The notes under the pieces were generated by a model. The model saw nothing but the letters and a program-made list of their open reading frames with translations. It was not told where the DNA came from and did no database searches. Positions 1-10,656 of a stretch of 41,456 nt of DNA are shown here, piece after piece (position 1 is the first letter of the stretch; each line of letters starts with the position of its first letter). The translations under genes were made by a program, and so were the position numbers. The DNA comes from Candidatus Thorarchaeota archaeon (GTDB lineage: Archaea > Asgardarchaeota > Thorarchaeia > Thorarchaeales > Thorarchaeaceae): the NCBI GenBank assembly GCA_048884965.1, contig JBHLQH010000032.1:1-41456 (forward strand). The letters are read 5' to 3'.

Positions 1-36
1 CATAGCTGCAATGGCTGCTACTGGAATAAGTTTCAT
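1..36 (-). CDS. N-terminus of a gene running off the window (MKLIPVAAIAAM...), probably a signal peptide or membrane protein; likely co-transcribed with the giant Ig protein
   Basis: ATG at 36-34, 5 nt after the stop of the 42..7835 gene, preceded by AGGAGTGAGG; hydrophobic N-terminus. Confidence 0.55.
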   Translation of the reverse strand, partial: MKLIPVAAIAAM

Positions 37-41
37 TTTCC

Positions 42-3000
42 TCACTCCTTCATCCCTCCTATTTGGTCAAGTAAAGCATCTATTTCTGCCTTTGAGAGGT
101 TCTTTGCCTGCTCGACCATAAGGTCAGCCTCTGTGGGGTCAATGCCCATATCGATCAAACGCTCTCGTAGCGTCAATAGTTCATTTTCGGAGAGTTTCTC
201 TTCAGGTATAGCATCAACACTCTCCATAATATCAGAGGTGTCAGCCAGCTCCTTAGCTCTTCTTGCACGTTCCTGTCGAATGACTTCATTGAGGAATCCG
301 CCTCGTTCGCTGGGTTTCATTTTATCCAAGTCATTTCTTAGAGCGGCTACATCGGTCTCTGTCAGTCCAATAATGACAGCAAGCTCAGCCAGCAGTTTCT
401 CAGTATCGAGAGCATCCACGATAACAGTATCACGAGAGATATCGTCGAGGGACTTCCAAATTTGAAGAGATTTGAGTTCCTCATTGATCCAACTCTGGAG
501 CATCTCTTGCCGAGATCTAACTGGTTTTGGTGATGGGATCCGGCCCTTTGCTAGAGAAGACATCATAGATCGAATCCATCGTAGCATCTTTGGTACTGAA
601 AGAACACGAACCCAGAGAGCACCAAACAATGCCAATATGACTATTCCTACAGCGCTGTAGGTGAATGCGGTCTGCATCGCGATCTGCTCCTCTGTTGCCA
701 CTGCAAAGACGACTGCTCTTGCAACTGCATCATCATAATTACTTGAAGATAAAGTGATGATTATCACATATTGTCGGATATCTGTCAATCTGAAGTTGAA
801 GTAGTAGGTACCATTTGTCCCTTGATACTCTTCATCCTCAAGACGAACAGCATCTGTTCCTGCCGTGCTATTTATTGCTCCGTAAATAGGAATGTTGTGA
901 TCTAAGTCCCAATAGGTGAGACTCATGATAATTACATCGCCAGAGAATGCGGACTCAGAGGGACGCTCATAGATGAGCATTGTTCTGATTGGCCGAATCG
1001 TAAGATTGACTAATAGCTCTGCTCGTTCGTAGTTCTCTCTGGTCAATACAATTCTTAGAATATAGGATCCAAGTAGGAGTGTATCACGGTCTGTCATATC
1101 AGGACCAAAGGAGTAGGTACCATTTCCAATGTCAAATAGCTGTGCTGTCCCAAACTCCCAAAAGACTGTTCTCGTCGCATCCAAAATCCATTCGTCATTC
1201 AATTCATCATAGAAGCTAAATCCTTGAGTGTAATCATCACCCCAAGGAATGATAGGATTCTCATCTCCAATTATCATGGTTGGAATAGGATTCACCAGAA
1301 GCCTAACTATGACATTGGCATATTCATAACCATCCTTTTGGAAAGCTATAACGATCTGGTATGCAATCGAACTTGATGATATCAGGGATGAATCGAAGAT
1401 CATGGAATAGGTGCCATTCGCATAATCTGTCAGATTACCCTCTATCGATGACAGAGTATATTTCCCTTCTGCATCAGGAATTGGCTCATTATAATAGATA
1501 TCCCAATACTCGAATCGGAATGTCGCGGTTTGCCCATAATAGATATTCAATTGTGTGCTGGTGAGAATGACGACTTCTGTAGGGGCATTATTGATCACGA
1601 TGGTGAATTGAATCGATGAAGGTGAAAAGCCATCTCTCGAGCTTGTTACAGTAAGAATCCAGCTTCTAATCTCTAAGCTGATAGATGATACAAGCACAGA
1701 ATAATAACCGCCTCCGATGTCAGTCATGTTTCCAATCATTTCTCCAACACTATAGGAAAGGTTGGCACCGGAAACAGGTAATGAGAGGTCAGTATTGTTC
1801 AAATACACCGTGATAGTGAAGTTATCATTTGCGACCACCTGAATTACAGTATTATCATTCAAGGCAGTCAATTCAGTTGTGATTACATTAATCTGAAGAG
1901 ATACCTGCTTATTGACGCTCCTATAGTTATCAGATATTGCTTGTACGAGTACCTTGTGAGTTCCAACGAGAACACCTGAAACAGTAAATTGACCGATGTA
2001 TCGTCCCTCGCTTGCATTCCAAGTCAGTATTCCAGATCCACCAGTCCAAGAATAGGTCAGAGTACCTACTTCAATGGCTGTGCTGTTCGACTGAATCAAG
2101 TAATTGGCAGTGATTGTAACAGTATCACCATTCACAGTAGCGAATGGATTCAGTTCAGCAGAGAGAATGGCAGGAACCTTGGATATTCTCAACTGACCAT
2201 CGATCTGAAGTGTTTCGTGGTTAATTTTCTTGAAATCAATTGTGAGTGCGTATTCATTTGCGGTGTATAGTGTAGATGCAATCGTTATCTGATAAATGCC
2301 GTTACCAATCTCAACAAGATAGTACACATCACCTGAAATCGTCGCATTGACATTTCCTCCCTCAATAGGGGCTCCGGTTCTTGCGTTCGTGATGTTAACT
2401 TCAATGAGAATGATATCACCCCAAACCGGCGATTCTGGTACTGTGCTTATCTCGATATTCACCGGAATAGCTGCGAGCAGGATGCTGATGTCTATAGTCT
2501 TGTTTACATGCCTGAATTTCGATCCGCTGATGCTGAAGGAGTAGCTCTGGGCATTCAAACCAGAGGTGTTGATAAGCAGCCTATAGAACCCATTTCCAAG
2601 TTCCGTAGCATTGGCGAAGGTGCCGTAAAGAGCGTTCCAGTTCGAGGTGACATTAGCTCCTTCGATGCCAATACCAGACACTGCTTCTCTGAAAGTCACA
2701 TTCAGCTCCACGAGTTCACCGAGATAGTTTGTTGATCCACCCGTAATTTGCAAAGATAGAATCGTCGCGACAGGAGTCAACAGAATACTATAGACGATAT
2801 TGGTCCTGTTCTTGTAGTAGGGAGTTCCGGACCAAGTGATATTCAATGAGAAATAGTAACGACCCAAGAGTGTGAAATCGCTTGAATTGACAAGTACTGA
2901 GTACGTGCCATCGCCCCTATCGGACCACCAGCTTTGAATTGGTGTGACATTAAGGCATCTAACAGAAATCACCGCGCCAGGTAGATATGTACCAGTAAGA

Positions 3001-6000
3001 TAGTCAGAATAGGAAACTATGGCACTCATATTGAAACCATATGAAGCAGGTGGTGTCGAGATGACAGAACTTTGAGTAGTACGTCCAGTAATGGTTACCT
3101 GTGTTGCTGTTGAGGCATTCGAATAATAGGGAGTAACATCGCCCCAAGCAAACTCAAGGAAGATCTCAAGCGATGACGCCAAAGTTGTCGTCACTAATGA
3201 GGATTCAAATGAGACATAGTATGTGTCCCCATCAAATGTCAATGAATACTCGTTATCCTGAAGCAGTGTGCCAGAGCCGTAGCTAATCGTCAGATGCGAT
3301 TTATCAAATGATATACTAGTTTCTGTCAACCCATCAGTTGCCGTGAATTCAAAAGTTACATTCTCCAAGAAAGCAGTATTCAGCGGGGACTTGGTAACTA
3401 GTAGACGTGCCTCTCTTCTTGAAACCTCAATTGCGACTGCTCGAATCTTTTGAGTGTAATATGGACTTCCTGTCCAATTGACAGTTATTGAGATTGAATA
3501 CGAGCCAAACGTTCCAAGAGCGATAGTGGAGATGTGTATCTCATACTCTCCAGTACCAACATCAGTAATCCAATAGTTGACTCCGAGTTCTAAGGCAGTC
3601 TGAGCCGTAGTACAGATAGCATACACGTTGGCACCAATGATACCAGAACTTGTAGTATCATCCAAATACGTAACAGAGATGTTTGCAAGCGTTAGGTAAG
3701 GAGCGAGATCGGGCAGTTCACTGGTCAATTGTGTCCTACGCTGGGTTACAGTGAGATAGAACGAATCTACTGCATTACTGCAATATCTTGCGCCTCCATA
3801 GATGATAGATGCGTTGATGTAGTATGTACCCAAATACAGGAGAACGGTTGTGTTAAGCGTGACAGTATAGGTGCCATCAGCATTATCCATTACATCATAA
3901 TATCCAGAGAGAGATGAGTCAAGTGTTAGAGTGCCACCGTTCATCCCACTAGTAGTATAGTCATCAAGATCTCGATAGGAGAATAGAATGCTAATGTTGT
4001 TACCGAATTGTACTGGCGCATATGTCCCATGTGTAAGTTCAGTGTACCTATAGCGCGTAGTAATCTTGATTGAAATCGATCTATTCTGATAAAACGGAGA
4101 ACCACCCCATTTGATCAGAACTGTGAACGAATTCTGTCCTGGAGCCCAAGAGGATGTGTCAACCTCAATGAAGAAGATGCCAGTTGTATCACCATCATAG
4201 TACACGTTGAAACCATACGTTGGTATAGTGATGGATAATGCACTGGAATCAAGGATGGTTGTACTACTTAATACATCCTTATAGAGAAGGCTGATGTTTA
4301 GGAGTTCATCATAAGCAGTAACAGGAGGTGGAGTCCATTCGACTGTAGTAAGTCGATATGTTGAGTATACGATGAGTTGCAAGGATTGGTTAGCATAATA
4401 CGGAAGCACACCCTTTGTCCAGTTGAACCAGACTCGAAGTTCACAGCCGATTAGCCCACTGAGATATGATGTGTTGAATTCGATTCTGTATTCTCCCGGA
4501 TTATTAACGAAATCGATTTCACTGATTAGCATATGCTGCTGAGTAAGAGTTTGACCAAGAGTGAGTACCTCGATATAGATGTGGACATTTCCAGAATAGG
4601 TCCCAGTTCCATTGACTATTCCAGTATCATTCCCTATATCATAGTAGATAATGGAGAACGTAACGTTCTCGCCATAGGGTGTCATAACGGGGCTTTCACC
4701 AATGAAGATGTCTGTAGGTGCTGCAATAATTCTGGCTGATACATTGATTGTCTTGTTCGAGTACTTGAATGTTGGTCCAGTCCAGTTCGCATAGATTTTG
4801 AGAGGTTGAATACCTATTGAACCCCATTGATCTGCTGGGATAAGAACGATATACTCACCTGCTTCGGTTCCATTCTTGACGGTGAATAACAATCCCGGGT
4901 ATACTTCACTTACAACATCAATCTGAACAAAATACCCTATGACACTTCCATTCTCAATACCAATATTCGCGTCCGTATCAAAGTAGCGAACATAGATAGC
5001 GATGTCACCAGTATAGGGTGTTGGATCAATTGGATTTACCAAGTAGAATGAGGTCAAGTGCGTTCTAAGTTCAACTGTGACAGAGAATGTATGATTCTGA
5101 TTCCCGTATCGCTCAACATTGAAGACTACATTATAGGAATCTAGAACATCGAGATTTGAAGAGTAGATGACAATATCATATACTCCAGCGGTAGTAGACT
5201 CCGCCACTGTATAGTTCAAATCTCCATAACTATGAATTTCTGACCAGTTACATGTAATGGCATTTGCAGCCCCAGAAATGGGCAAATTATGATCTGTGTC
5301 TTTGTAGGTGATCTTGAAGGAAGTAGAATATCCAACGGGAAGTGAAAGAAGACTTGTTGATGGAATTGCAGATGTATATAATTCTCTAACTTGGACCGAA
5401 AGAAGGATCGATCTTGATTCAAAGAAGTCTTTTGATGCAGTGATTTGCAGAACATAAGTACCCAAAGGTACAGCATCTGTTTCCAAACTTAGGAGATACT
5501 TTCCAGGAGTACCACCATCAGGTGTGATTGTGAAATCATCTAGAGTCCAATTACATGTAATTGTGGCTCCAGTAATCCCGGTCAGGGTTTGATCCTTGAA
5601 TTCCACAGAAAGCTCAGCATTCGAACCTCTTGGAACATCGACACCAGGTGCATCAGAGGAGAAGAGGTCAGTTGTGTAAATCACATTGATGGTGAAAGTT
5701 TCTAGGATTGTATCATAATATGACTTTGTCCATGTCAAGTCAACATCATACTGACCATTCGATGGAAGATCGGCGGTGTCCAGGGTCACACTGTATTCAC
5801 CAGTACCTAGATTGCTCATGAAGCCTGAACCAGCATCCCATACATAACCTAGTGTCCCGCCAGGCAATAAATCACCATTATCAGTATCATTCACTCTCAA
5901 TTGTAATAGAATGAGCTCACCGTAGGTCACATTAGTTGTCCAAGTGGTAGCAGCATTACCCGGATACTTGACTGACATTGAGGTAGCATGTTCGATATCA

Positions 6001-7835
6001 AAATTCCTTATGAAGTAGCCAATGTTATGAACCTCAGAATGTGATATTGAGTCTGTACAGAACGCTTGTACTTCCCATAATCCTACAGAAGCATTTGATG
6101 CTTCGAGATTAACAGCGGAAGTAATGGCATATCCGCTGCCATCAACTACACCTTGAACTGTTATCCATTCATTTCCATTTGGAGAGTACACTGTGAAGAA
6201 AACAGCATCTCCAGCATATTCAGTTGCCAGTGTTGCTCTGAAGCGAGTGTCTTCATCAGCTCGAAATGTATGAGTTGGAACCCACTGTGATAGCAGGTCA
6301 TCCCAGACTTCTAGGTTTGTAATCATATTAGGCGAGCTACCCTTCAGTAACCAGAAACCATTCTGGTTAATCTGAGTGATATCAAAAACGGAAATGTTCA
6401 CAAGTCCATCGCCGGGGTCACCATATGTCCATCCATCAGTAAGGTTGACTGTACGTGCATATGGTTGCGCCACAAAATCTATGTCACGATTTAATGGTAA
6501 TGACACATTGAAGAAGTAGCGCGACGAATACCCTCCCGGGACTGCAGCATAATGATTTGTTTCCCAAAGGACATCGGTTGCATTCTGAACGAAATAGTTC
6601 TCTCCCAATGTGAAGAGTTCGGTATCATTTATCGAAGGTACATCATATCTTCTAGCCCAGACTGTGACATCAACATCCAATGCAATATTGATATCAAGAT
6701 CAGGGTCCGGAGGATTAGGACTAGGCGTCCATGAGAAATTCGCAAATGCAGCACCGTTTTGGAAGACAGACCCAGTGTACCACGCAGTTCCCAATCCGAA
6801 AATGGGATCAAGACCATCAAGCACATCGTCCACATCAATGCCATTCATCTGCAGATTGATATCCGAGGGAGCTGCCGTTGCTGTGATATAGACAACCAAA
6901 TTATCCACTCGTGCTTGAGGTTCAGTATCTGGACGCCACCATTCAAGCGCGGTGGTTCTCAATCCTACCCAGAGAGAGATGTTAGGTAGATTCAGTGAGC
7001 CAACGTCAACCGTGACATATCCTGAAGAGAACCATGTTGCAGAACCTGCCATAGAGTCGAATTCCTTATGCCAGAGATATGTTCCACCATTATCAGGATC
7101 ACCAACTGAAACGAAGATTTCGCAAAAGCCTGTAAGAGAGCCCCAATTGATATCTGCCCAATAATCCAAGGATATTCCCACAGAGGTCACATCACCTCTA
7201 TCAATCGTGAGATTCTGTACAGCATATGCTTTATCCCCGATGTCATACCAATCACCATAGAGGCCGCCGCCAGCATCATGATAGTATCCATCAAGATCAA
7301 AACGCGCTGCACCTCCGGGATTACCACCAGTCGAGATCCATTGTGATGATAGTACGTTCGTATAGGAACCGAGTGATGAAGGCTCATCATGAGTCAACCA
7401 TGTCCAGTCCGTGTCAGCATCAAAACCAGAGTTAGATACCCAAGTCCTGTTTTCTGTGATGCTCGTGACATTAGCAAAGACTTGGTACCCTTCCCAGTCC
7501 TCACCCAGAGGAACTTCCAATGACGCTTCAGAAGTAGTCTGCGTCCCTGAATCGTAGAAAAGTGACTCGTCAGAAAACGAATCAGTTCTATTACCATACT
7601 CTGACGTAATTAGCGAATCACCAGTACCAGTTTGTTGAGTTGGAGTGTCTGAGAGATGGTATTCATAGACAGTTTCATCCATTCCGATTTCTATGAGGTC
7701 CCCAGCATCTGTTTCATATAGTTGTGTATCGGAATCGCCAATGTTTGCTGCGCTAAGGCTACCAGGAGTAATCATTAATCCGAATAGCAATGGCACTAAG
7801 ATAGCTAAGAGAACAATCACTTTCTTCGAATGCAT
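42..7835 (-). CDS. Giant type-I membrane surface glycoprotein: signal peptide, ~620-aa N-terminal beta-rich region, ~17 tandem Ig-like repeats, one TM helix and a ~175-aa cytoplasmic helical tail
   Basis: Start moved to ATG 7835 (MHSKKVIVLLAILVPLL...), which follows a GGAGGT SD. Recurring ~100-115 aa units with G-x-x-x-[ILF]-x-[VF]-x-Y-x-D ... G-x-Y-x-[IVL]-x-[LI]-[DN]-T. Many N-x-S/T sequons. TM AFTYSAVGIVILALFGALWV followed by basic residues. Confidence 0.85.
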   Translation of the reverse strand: MHSKKVIVLLAILVPLLFGLMITPGSLSAANIGDSDTQLYETDAGDLIEIGMDETVYEYHLSDTPTQQTGTGDSLITSEYGNRTDSFSDESLFYDSGTQTTSEASLEVPLGEDWEGYQVFANVTSITENRTWVSNSGFDADTDWTWLTHDEPSSLGSYTNVLSSQWISTGGNPGGAARFDLDGYYHDAGGGLYGDWYDIGDKAYAVQNLTIDRGDVTSVGISLDYWADINWGSLTGFCEIFVSVGDPDNGGTYLWHKEFDSMAGSATWFSSGYVTVDVGSLNLPNISLWVGLRTTALEWWRPDTEPQARVDNLVVYITATAAPSDINLQMNGIDVDDVLDGLDPIFGLGTAWYTGSVFQNGAAFANFSWTPSPNPPDPDLDINIALDVDVTVWARRYDVPSINDTELFTLGENYFVQNATDVLWETNHYAAVPGGYSSRYFFNVSLPLNRDIDFVAQPYARTVNLTDGWTYGDPGDGLVNISVFDITQINQNGFWLLKGSSPNMITNLEVWDDLLSQWVPTHTFRADEDTRFRATLATEYAGDAVFFTVYSPNGNEWITVQGVVDGSGYAITSAVNLEASNASVGLWEVQAFCTDSISHSEVHNIGYFIRNFDIEHATSMSVKYPGNAATTWTTNVTYGELILLQLRVNDTDNGDLLPGGTLGYVWDAGSGFMSNLGTGEYSVTLDTADLPSNGQYDVDLTWTKSYYDTILETFTINVIYTTDLFSSDAPGVDVPRGSNAELSVEFKDQTLTGITGATITCNWTLDDFTITPDGGTPGKYLLSLETDAVPLGTYVLQITASKDFFESRSILLSVQVRELYTSAIPSTSLLSLPVGYSTSFKITYKDTDHNLPISGAANAITCNWSEIHSYGDLNYTVAESTTAGVYDIVIYSSNLDVLDSYNVVFNVERYGNQNHTFSVTVELRTHLTSFYLVNPIDPTPYTGDIAIYVRYFDTDANIGIENGSVIGYFVQIDVVSEVYPGLLFTVKNGTEAGEYIVLIPADQWGSIGIQPLKIYANWTGPTFKYSNKTINVSARIIAAPTDIFIGESPVMTPYGENVTFSIIYYDIGNDTGIVNGTGTYSGNVHIYIEVLTLGQTLTQQHMLISEIDFVNNPGEYRIEFNTSYLSGLIGCELRVWFNWTKGVLPYYANQSLQLIVYSTYRLTTVEWTPPPVTAYDELLNISLLYKDVLSSTTILDSSALSITIPTYGFNVYYDGDTTGIFFIEVDTSSWAPGQNSFTVLIKWGGSPFYQNRSISIKITTRYRYTELTHGTYAPVQFGNNISILFSYRDLDDYTTSGMNGGTLTLDSSLSGYYDVMDNADGTYTVTLNTTVLLYLGTYYINASIIYGGARYCSNAVDSFYLTVTQRRTQLTSELPDLAPYLTLANISVTYLDDTTSSGIIGANVYAICTTAQTALELGVNYWITDVGTGEYEIHISTIALGTFGSYSISITVNWTGSPYYTQKIRAVAIEVSRREARLLVTKSPLNTAFLENVTFEFTATDGLTETSISFDKSHLTISYGSGTLLQDNEYSLTFDGDTYYVSFESSLVTTTLASSLEIFLEFAWGDVTPYYSNASTATQVTITGRTTQSSVISTPPASYGFNMSAIVSYSDYLTGTYLPGAVISVRCLNVTPIQSWWSDRGDGTYSVLVNSSDFTLLGRYYFSLNITWSGTPYYKNRTNIVYSILLTPVATILSLQITGGSTNYLGELVELNVTFREAVSGIGIEGANVTSNWNALYGTFANATELGNGFYRLLINTSGLNAQSYSFSISGSKFRHVNKTIDISILLAAIPVNIEISTVPESPVWGDIILIEVNITNARTGAPIEGGNVNATISGDVYYLVEIGNGIYQITIASTLYTANEYALTIDFKKINHETLQIDGQLRISKVPAILSAELNPFATVNGDTVTITANYLIQSNSTAIEVGTLTYSWTGGSGILTWNASEGRYIGQFTVSGVLVGTHKVLVQAISDNYRSVNKQVSLQINVITTELTALNDNTVIQVVANDNFTITVYLNNTDLSLPVSGANLSYSVGEMIGNMTDIGGGYYSVLVSSISLEIRSWILTVTSSRDGFSPSSIQFTIVINNAPTEVVILTSTQLNIYYGQTATFRFEYWDIYYNEPIPDAEGKYTLSSIEGNLTDYANGTYSMIFDSSLISSSSIAYQIVIAFQKDGYEYANVIVRLLVNPIPTMIIGDENPIIPWGDDYTQGFSFYDELNDEWILDATRTVFWEFGTAQLFDIGNGTYSFGPDMTDRDTLLLGSYILRIVLTRENYERAELLVNLTIRPIRTMLIYERPSESAFSGDVIIMSLTYWDLDHNIPIYGAINSTAGTDAVRLEDEEYQGTNGTYYFNFRLTDIRQYVIIITLSSSNYDDAVARAVVFAVATEEQIAMQTAFTYSAVGIVILALFGALWVRVLSVPKMLRWIRSMMSSLAKGRIPSPKPVRSRQEMLQSWINEELKSLQIWKSLDDISRDTVIVDALDTEKLLAELAVIIGLTETDVAALRNDLDKMKPSERGGFLNEVIRQERARRAKELADTSDIMESVDAIPEEKLSENELLTLRERLIDMGIDPTEADLMVEQAKNLSKAEIDALLDQIGGMKE

Positions 7836-8064
7836 GTGGCGGACCTCCAAAGTATTCCTCGACTCTCCTTTCGAGGAATATCCTCTCAACAAGTGTTACG
7901 TCACTAGATTCATGCCTATAAATACACTGCGTCACACCATGTTCAATAAATCGTCAAACTCGTCCAATAATTTGACATTTCATAAATCAAAAGCAACTGC
8001 TAATTATTTGAATTAGTTAGCAATACTTTGATGTATTGGAATGTGGCTTGATTCTTGAAGAAAC

Positions 8065-8415
8065 ATGAAGATATACAGAAGAAAGGACGCGGATACTGCT
8101 GCTAGAGCAGGATACCATGCCACCTATATTGCAGATATCGAGTTTCCCGACCATATCGGAACTGCTGGCGTGATTCTGGTAGACGTTCTCAAAGCAACAA
8201 AGACCTCACCACATTCACACACAATGTTGGATGAGGCATTTATATTCTTGAACAGAACACGGATGGGTGTGGGACAGGATATTTTCGAGATAGAAACAGG
8301 AGATGTCGTCATTGTCGAGAAGGGAGAGAAACACTGGTTCGAAAGCTATCCAGATGAAGACATCCGAATAATCGCCGTGAAACTACCAAACCTGAAAGAT
8401 GACAAGATTGAGTGA
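8065..8415 (+). CDS. Cupin-domain protein
   Basis: Cupin motif 1 PHSHTMLDEAF and motif 2 GDVVIVEKGEKH. Confidence 0.85.
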   Translation: MKIYRRKDADTAARAGYHATYIADIEFPDHIGTAGVILVDVLKATKTSPHSHTMLDEAFIFLNRTRMGVGQDIFEIETGDVVIVEKGEKHWFESYPDEDIRIIAVKLPNLKDDKIE

Positions 8416-8426
8416 AACAGGTAATT

Positions 8427-8828
8427 CTACTCTTCTTCATCTTCATCAAAGTATAGATCAGTTGATGAAGGTCGGGTCTCAGAAACTGAAGGCACAGCTC
8501 GGACCAATACACGTTGTATGGTCTTCCACTCACGATAACGATGATGCCTTCCAAGTATTCCAGCAATGGTTATAGTAAAGAATACAGTAGCACCTACTAT
8601 CACCAATTCCCATACTGAACCAAAGGAACTTGATGTTGCAAGAACTGCGACTACACCAATAACTGAAACTATCAAAGTGTTCAGATAGCAATCACATGTA
8701 ATCCCAAGTTCTGGGGGTCCAACTTGGAAGTCATCAGGATCGGATCCAGGAGCTCGATTCAAGTAGTAATTGAATAATGCAGCAAGAAGTGTACCAACGG
8801 CTATCACTATTCCAGTTCCAATATCCAT
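8427..8828 (-). CDS. Small membrane protein with ~3 TM helices and an acidic C-terminus; function unknown
   Basis: Likely start ATG 8828 (MDIGTGIVIAVG...), which avoids overlap with the upstream PIN gene. Three hydrophobic segments, a CDC motif and a C-terminal DEDEEE. Confidence 0.7.
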   Translation of the reverse strand: MDIGTGIVIAVGTLLAALFNYYLNRAPGSDPDDFQVGPPELGITCDCYLNTLIVSVIGVVAVLATSSSFGSVWELVIVGATVFFTITIAGILGRHHRYREWKTIQRVLVRAVPSVSETRPSSTDLYFDEDEEE

Positions 8829-8850
8829 GTCATCACACACTCTGGTTATA

Positions 8851-10656
8851 TTATTCGGGTTCAGCCACTTTAAGGTAGCTGAATCCATATACACCCTCAT
8901 ATGAAATCTCAGATGTCTTGCTAGGGGTAATCATAACAAGAACAGCATATTTCTTTCTTATGGCTTCATTTGTTTCTGTCAAACTAAACTTCCCTTTCGT
9001 CAAAGCTATCTTGTGACCAGTCTTCAATGATTTCAAAGCAGGGTGTTGAGAGATGTCTATGCCAACCCTCACCTGCAGTTGCTCATTCCTTACTACAAGG
9101 ATATCAATGCCATTGATGTTCTCAATTGAAAGTACATCCATCCAGCCTTGGAATTCCACAGGCAGCTTGGATACCAACACAGGACTCTCAGAGGTTTTCA
9201 CATCAATGGGGGTAATATTGCCTTGCACCTCATTGAGAATAGGAGTTATACTTGCTGTGGACCAACCTTTCTTTACAAAGAACTTGAGCGCATGTTCAGC
9301 ATACTTCTCCAATCCCACCTTGAGTTTATCATGCGAAGATGAGGAAACCTTGTAGAGCATTAGGAATGAAGATAATGCAGCATCTTCCTTTCCATAAGCA
9401 ACGCCGATCTTGTAAGCAGTTTCTGCGAGCTGCCAAGCATTCTCATGATCATCAAATTGAATGGCATACTTGGCGATATCGTTCAACATTGCGATGGTAA
9501 CGTCTGGGTGGTCAAGCTTGTTCTTGGTAAGTGAGAAGCCTCCCATGAATTTTCGGAGAATCTGCATGGTAACATATAGCCCTTCAGAGGTTTCTTTCAT
9601 GTCATCAAGACCAAGCCGATTTAGGAGACTGTCATAAAGGCTGTAATAATAATCGATTTCGTCATAGTCCTCTCGAATCAGTGCTATCACAATACGTACA
9701 AAGAAGACAGACGCCTTCAATGCATCATCTTTGACTCCAGTAAACATGAGCAAGCGAAATGCTTCATCGCTAATTGCTAGAGCATCCTCTACTCCTTCGC
9801 GTGTACCCCTGTAGAGATGACATATCATCTCCAGATAGTATAGAAACAATGTAAGATCTGCAGCATGATTGACAAGCTTCCCATGTGTTTCACTATCCTC
9901 AGTCAGGGTCGATACAATAAGGAGCCGTTCTATCTCCGTTTGCACTGCTTCAATCTCTCGAGCTAGTGTATCATATTTGCCCTCGGTGAAGTCATCAAAC
10001 ATCGTAGGAATACCAGCCTTAATGTCTTCAAGGAAATCCAAAACGAATAGGGGTTGACCACGAGTCAAATCGCTATCAAGTTGACCTGCTGGACGCTTTA
10101 CTTCTCGAAGTACTCTCATCGCGTGTTCTTCAATGATTCTAATTCGGGTGACAGGGTCGTAGGCTTCGCTTCGTGAGATACTATATCTGACTTCCTCACC
10201 ATAAATCCGTTCACGAACTGGTAGGAGTTTCTTCTTGATAGATTCGTCATCCTGTGACTCCATCAATTCAAGTACAAAAGCAGAGCCCACAATTCCTTCA
10301 ACATTCAGCTTGAGATCCTGAATGGTGTTTAGCAGTTTCAAATCGCTTGTGACGATCCTAGAGTTCTTTGATCGCATTGCTGCAAGAATCAGAGACATAT
10401 CGTTTGGCTGCGGCAATGAAGATTCTGGTCTTTTGATACTCTCTATTAACTCTTTGATATCCTTCTTCAGGGTCTCGTCAATCTCAATAATCTGTTCCAC
10501 TTCTCTCCGTAGGTACCATCGAAGCTCTTGGAATACTTGGCGTGTTATCCAGAGTTCGATACCTATCTTCTCAGCGGCTTCTTTTATGAGGAAAACGTCC
10601 TTGGGACGTTCACTGAAGCCTGAGATGAAGAAGTTTGCATCTAGGTACGCTCGCAT
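8851..10656 (-). CDS. PIN-domain nuclease-like protein with a central alpha-helical (TPR-like) region and a C-terminal beta (OB-like) domain
   Basis: PIN signature: AYLDANFF, VFQEL, NDMSLILAA, IVTSDLKL. ATG 10656 follows TTGGAG. Helical amphipathic middle; beta-rich C-terminus. Confidence 0.75.
   Translation of the reverse strand: MRAYLDANFFISGFSERPKDVFLIKEAAEKIGIELWITRQVFQELRWYLRREVEQIIEIDETLKKDIKELIESIKRPESSLPQPNDMSLILAAMRSKNSRIVTSDLKLLNTIQDLKLNVEGIVGSAFVLELMESQDDESIKKKLLPVRERIYGEEVRYSISRSEAYDPVTRIRIIEEHAMRVLREVKRPAGQLDSDLTRGQPLFVLDFLEDIKAGIPTMFDDFTEGKYDTLAREIEAVQTEIERLLIVSTLTEDSETHGKLVNHAADLTLFLYYLEMICHLYRGTREGVEDALAISDEAFRLLMFTGVKDDALKASVFFVRIVIALIREDYDEIDYYYSLYDSLLNRLGLDDMKETSEGLYVTMQILRKFMGGFSLTKNKLDHPDVTIAMLNDIAKYAIQFDDHENAWQLAETAYKIGVAYGKEDAALSSFLMLYKVSSSSHDKLKVGLEKYAEHALKFFVKKGWSTASITPILNEVQGNITPIDVKTSESPVLVSKLPVEFQGWMDVLSIENINGIDILVVRNEQLQVRVGIDISQHPALKSLKTGHKIALTKGKFSLTETNEAIRKKYAVLVMITPSKTSEISYEGVYGFSYLKVAEPE

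Noticed and set aside
133-7597. Many short ORFs inside the giant Ig gene, and similar ones inside other long genes
   Set aside because: They are antisense or alternate-frame shadows with no recognisable motifs or SD support.
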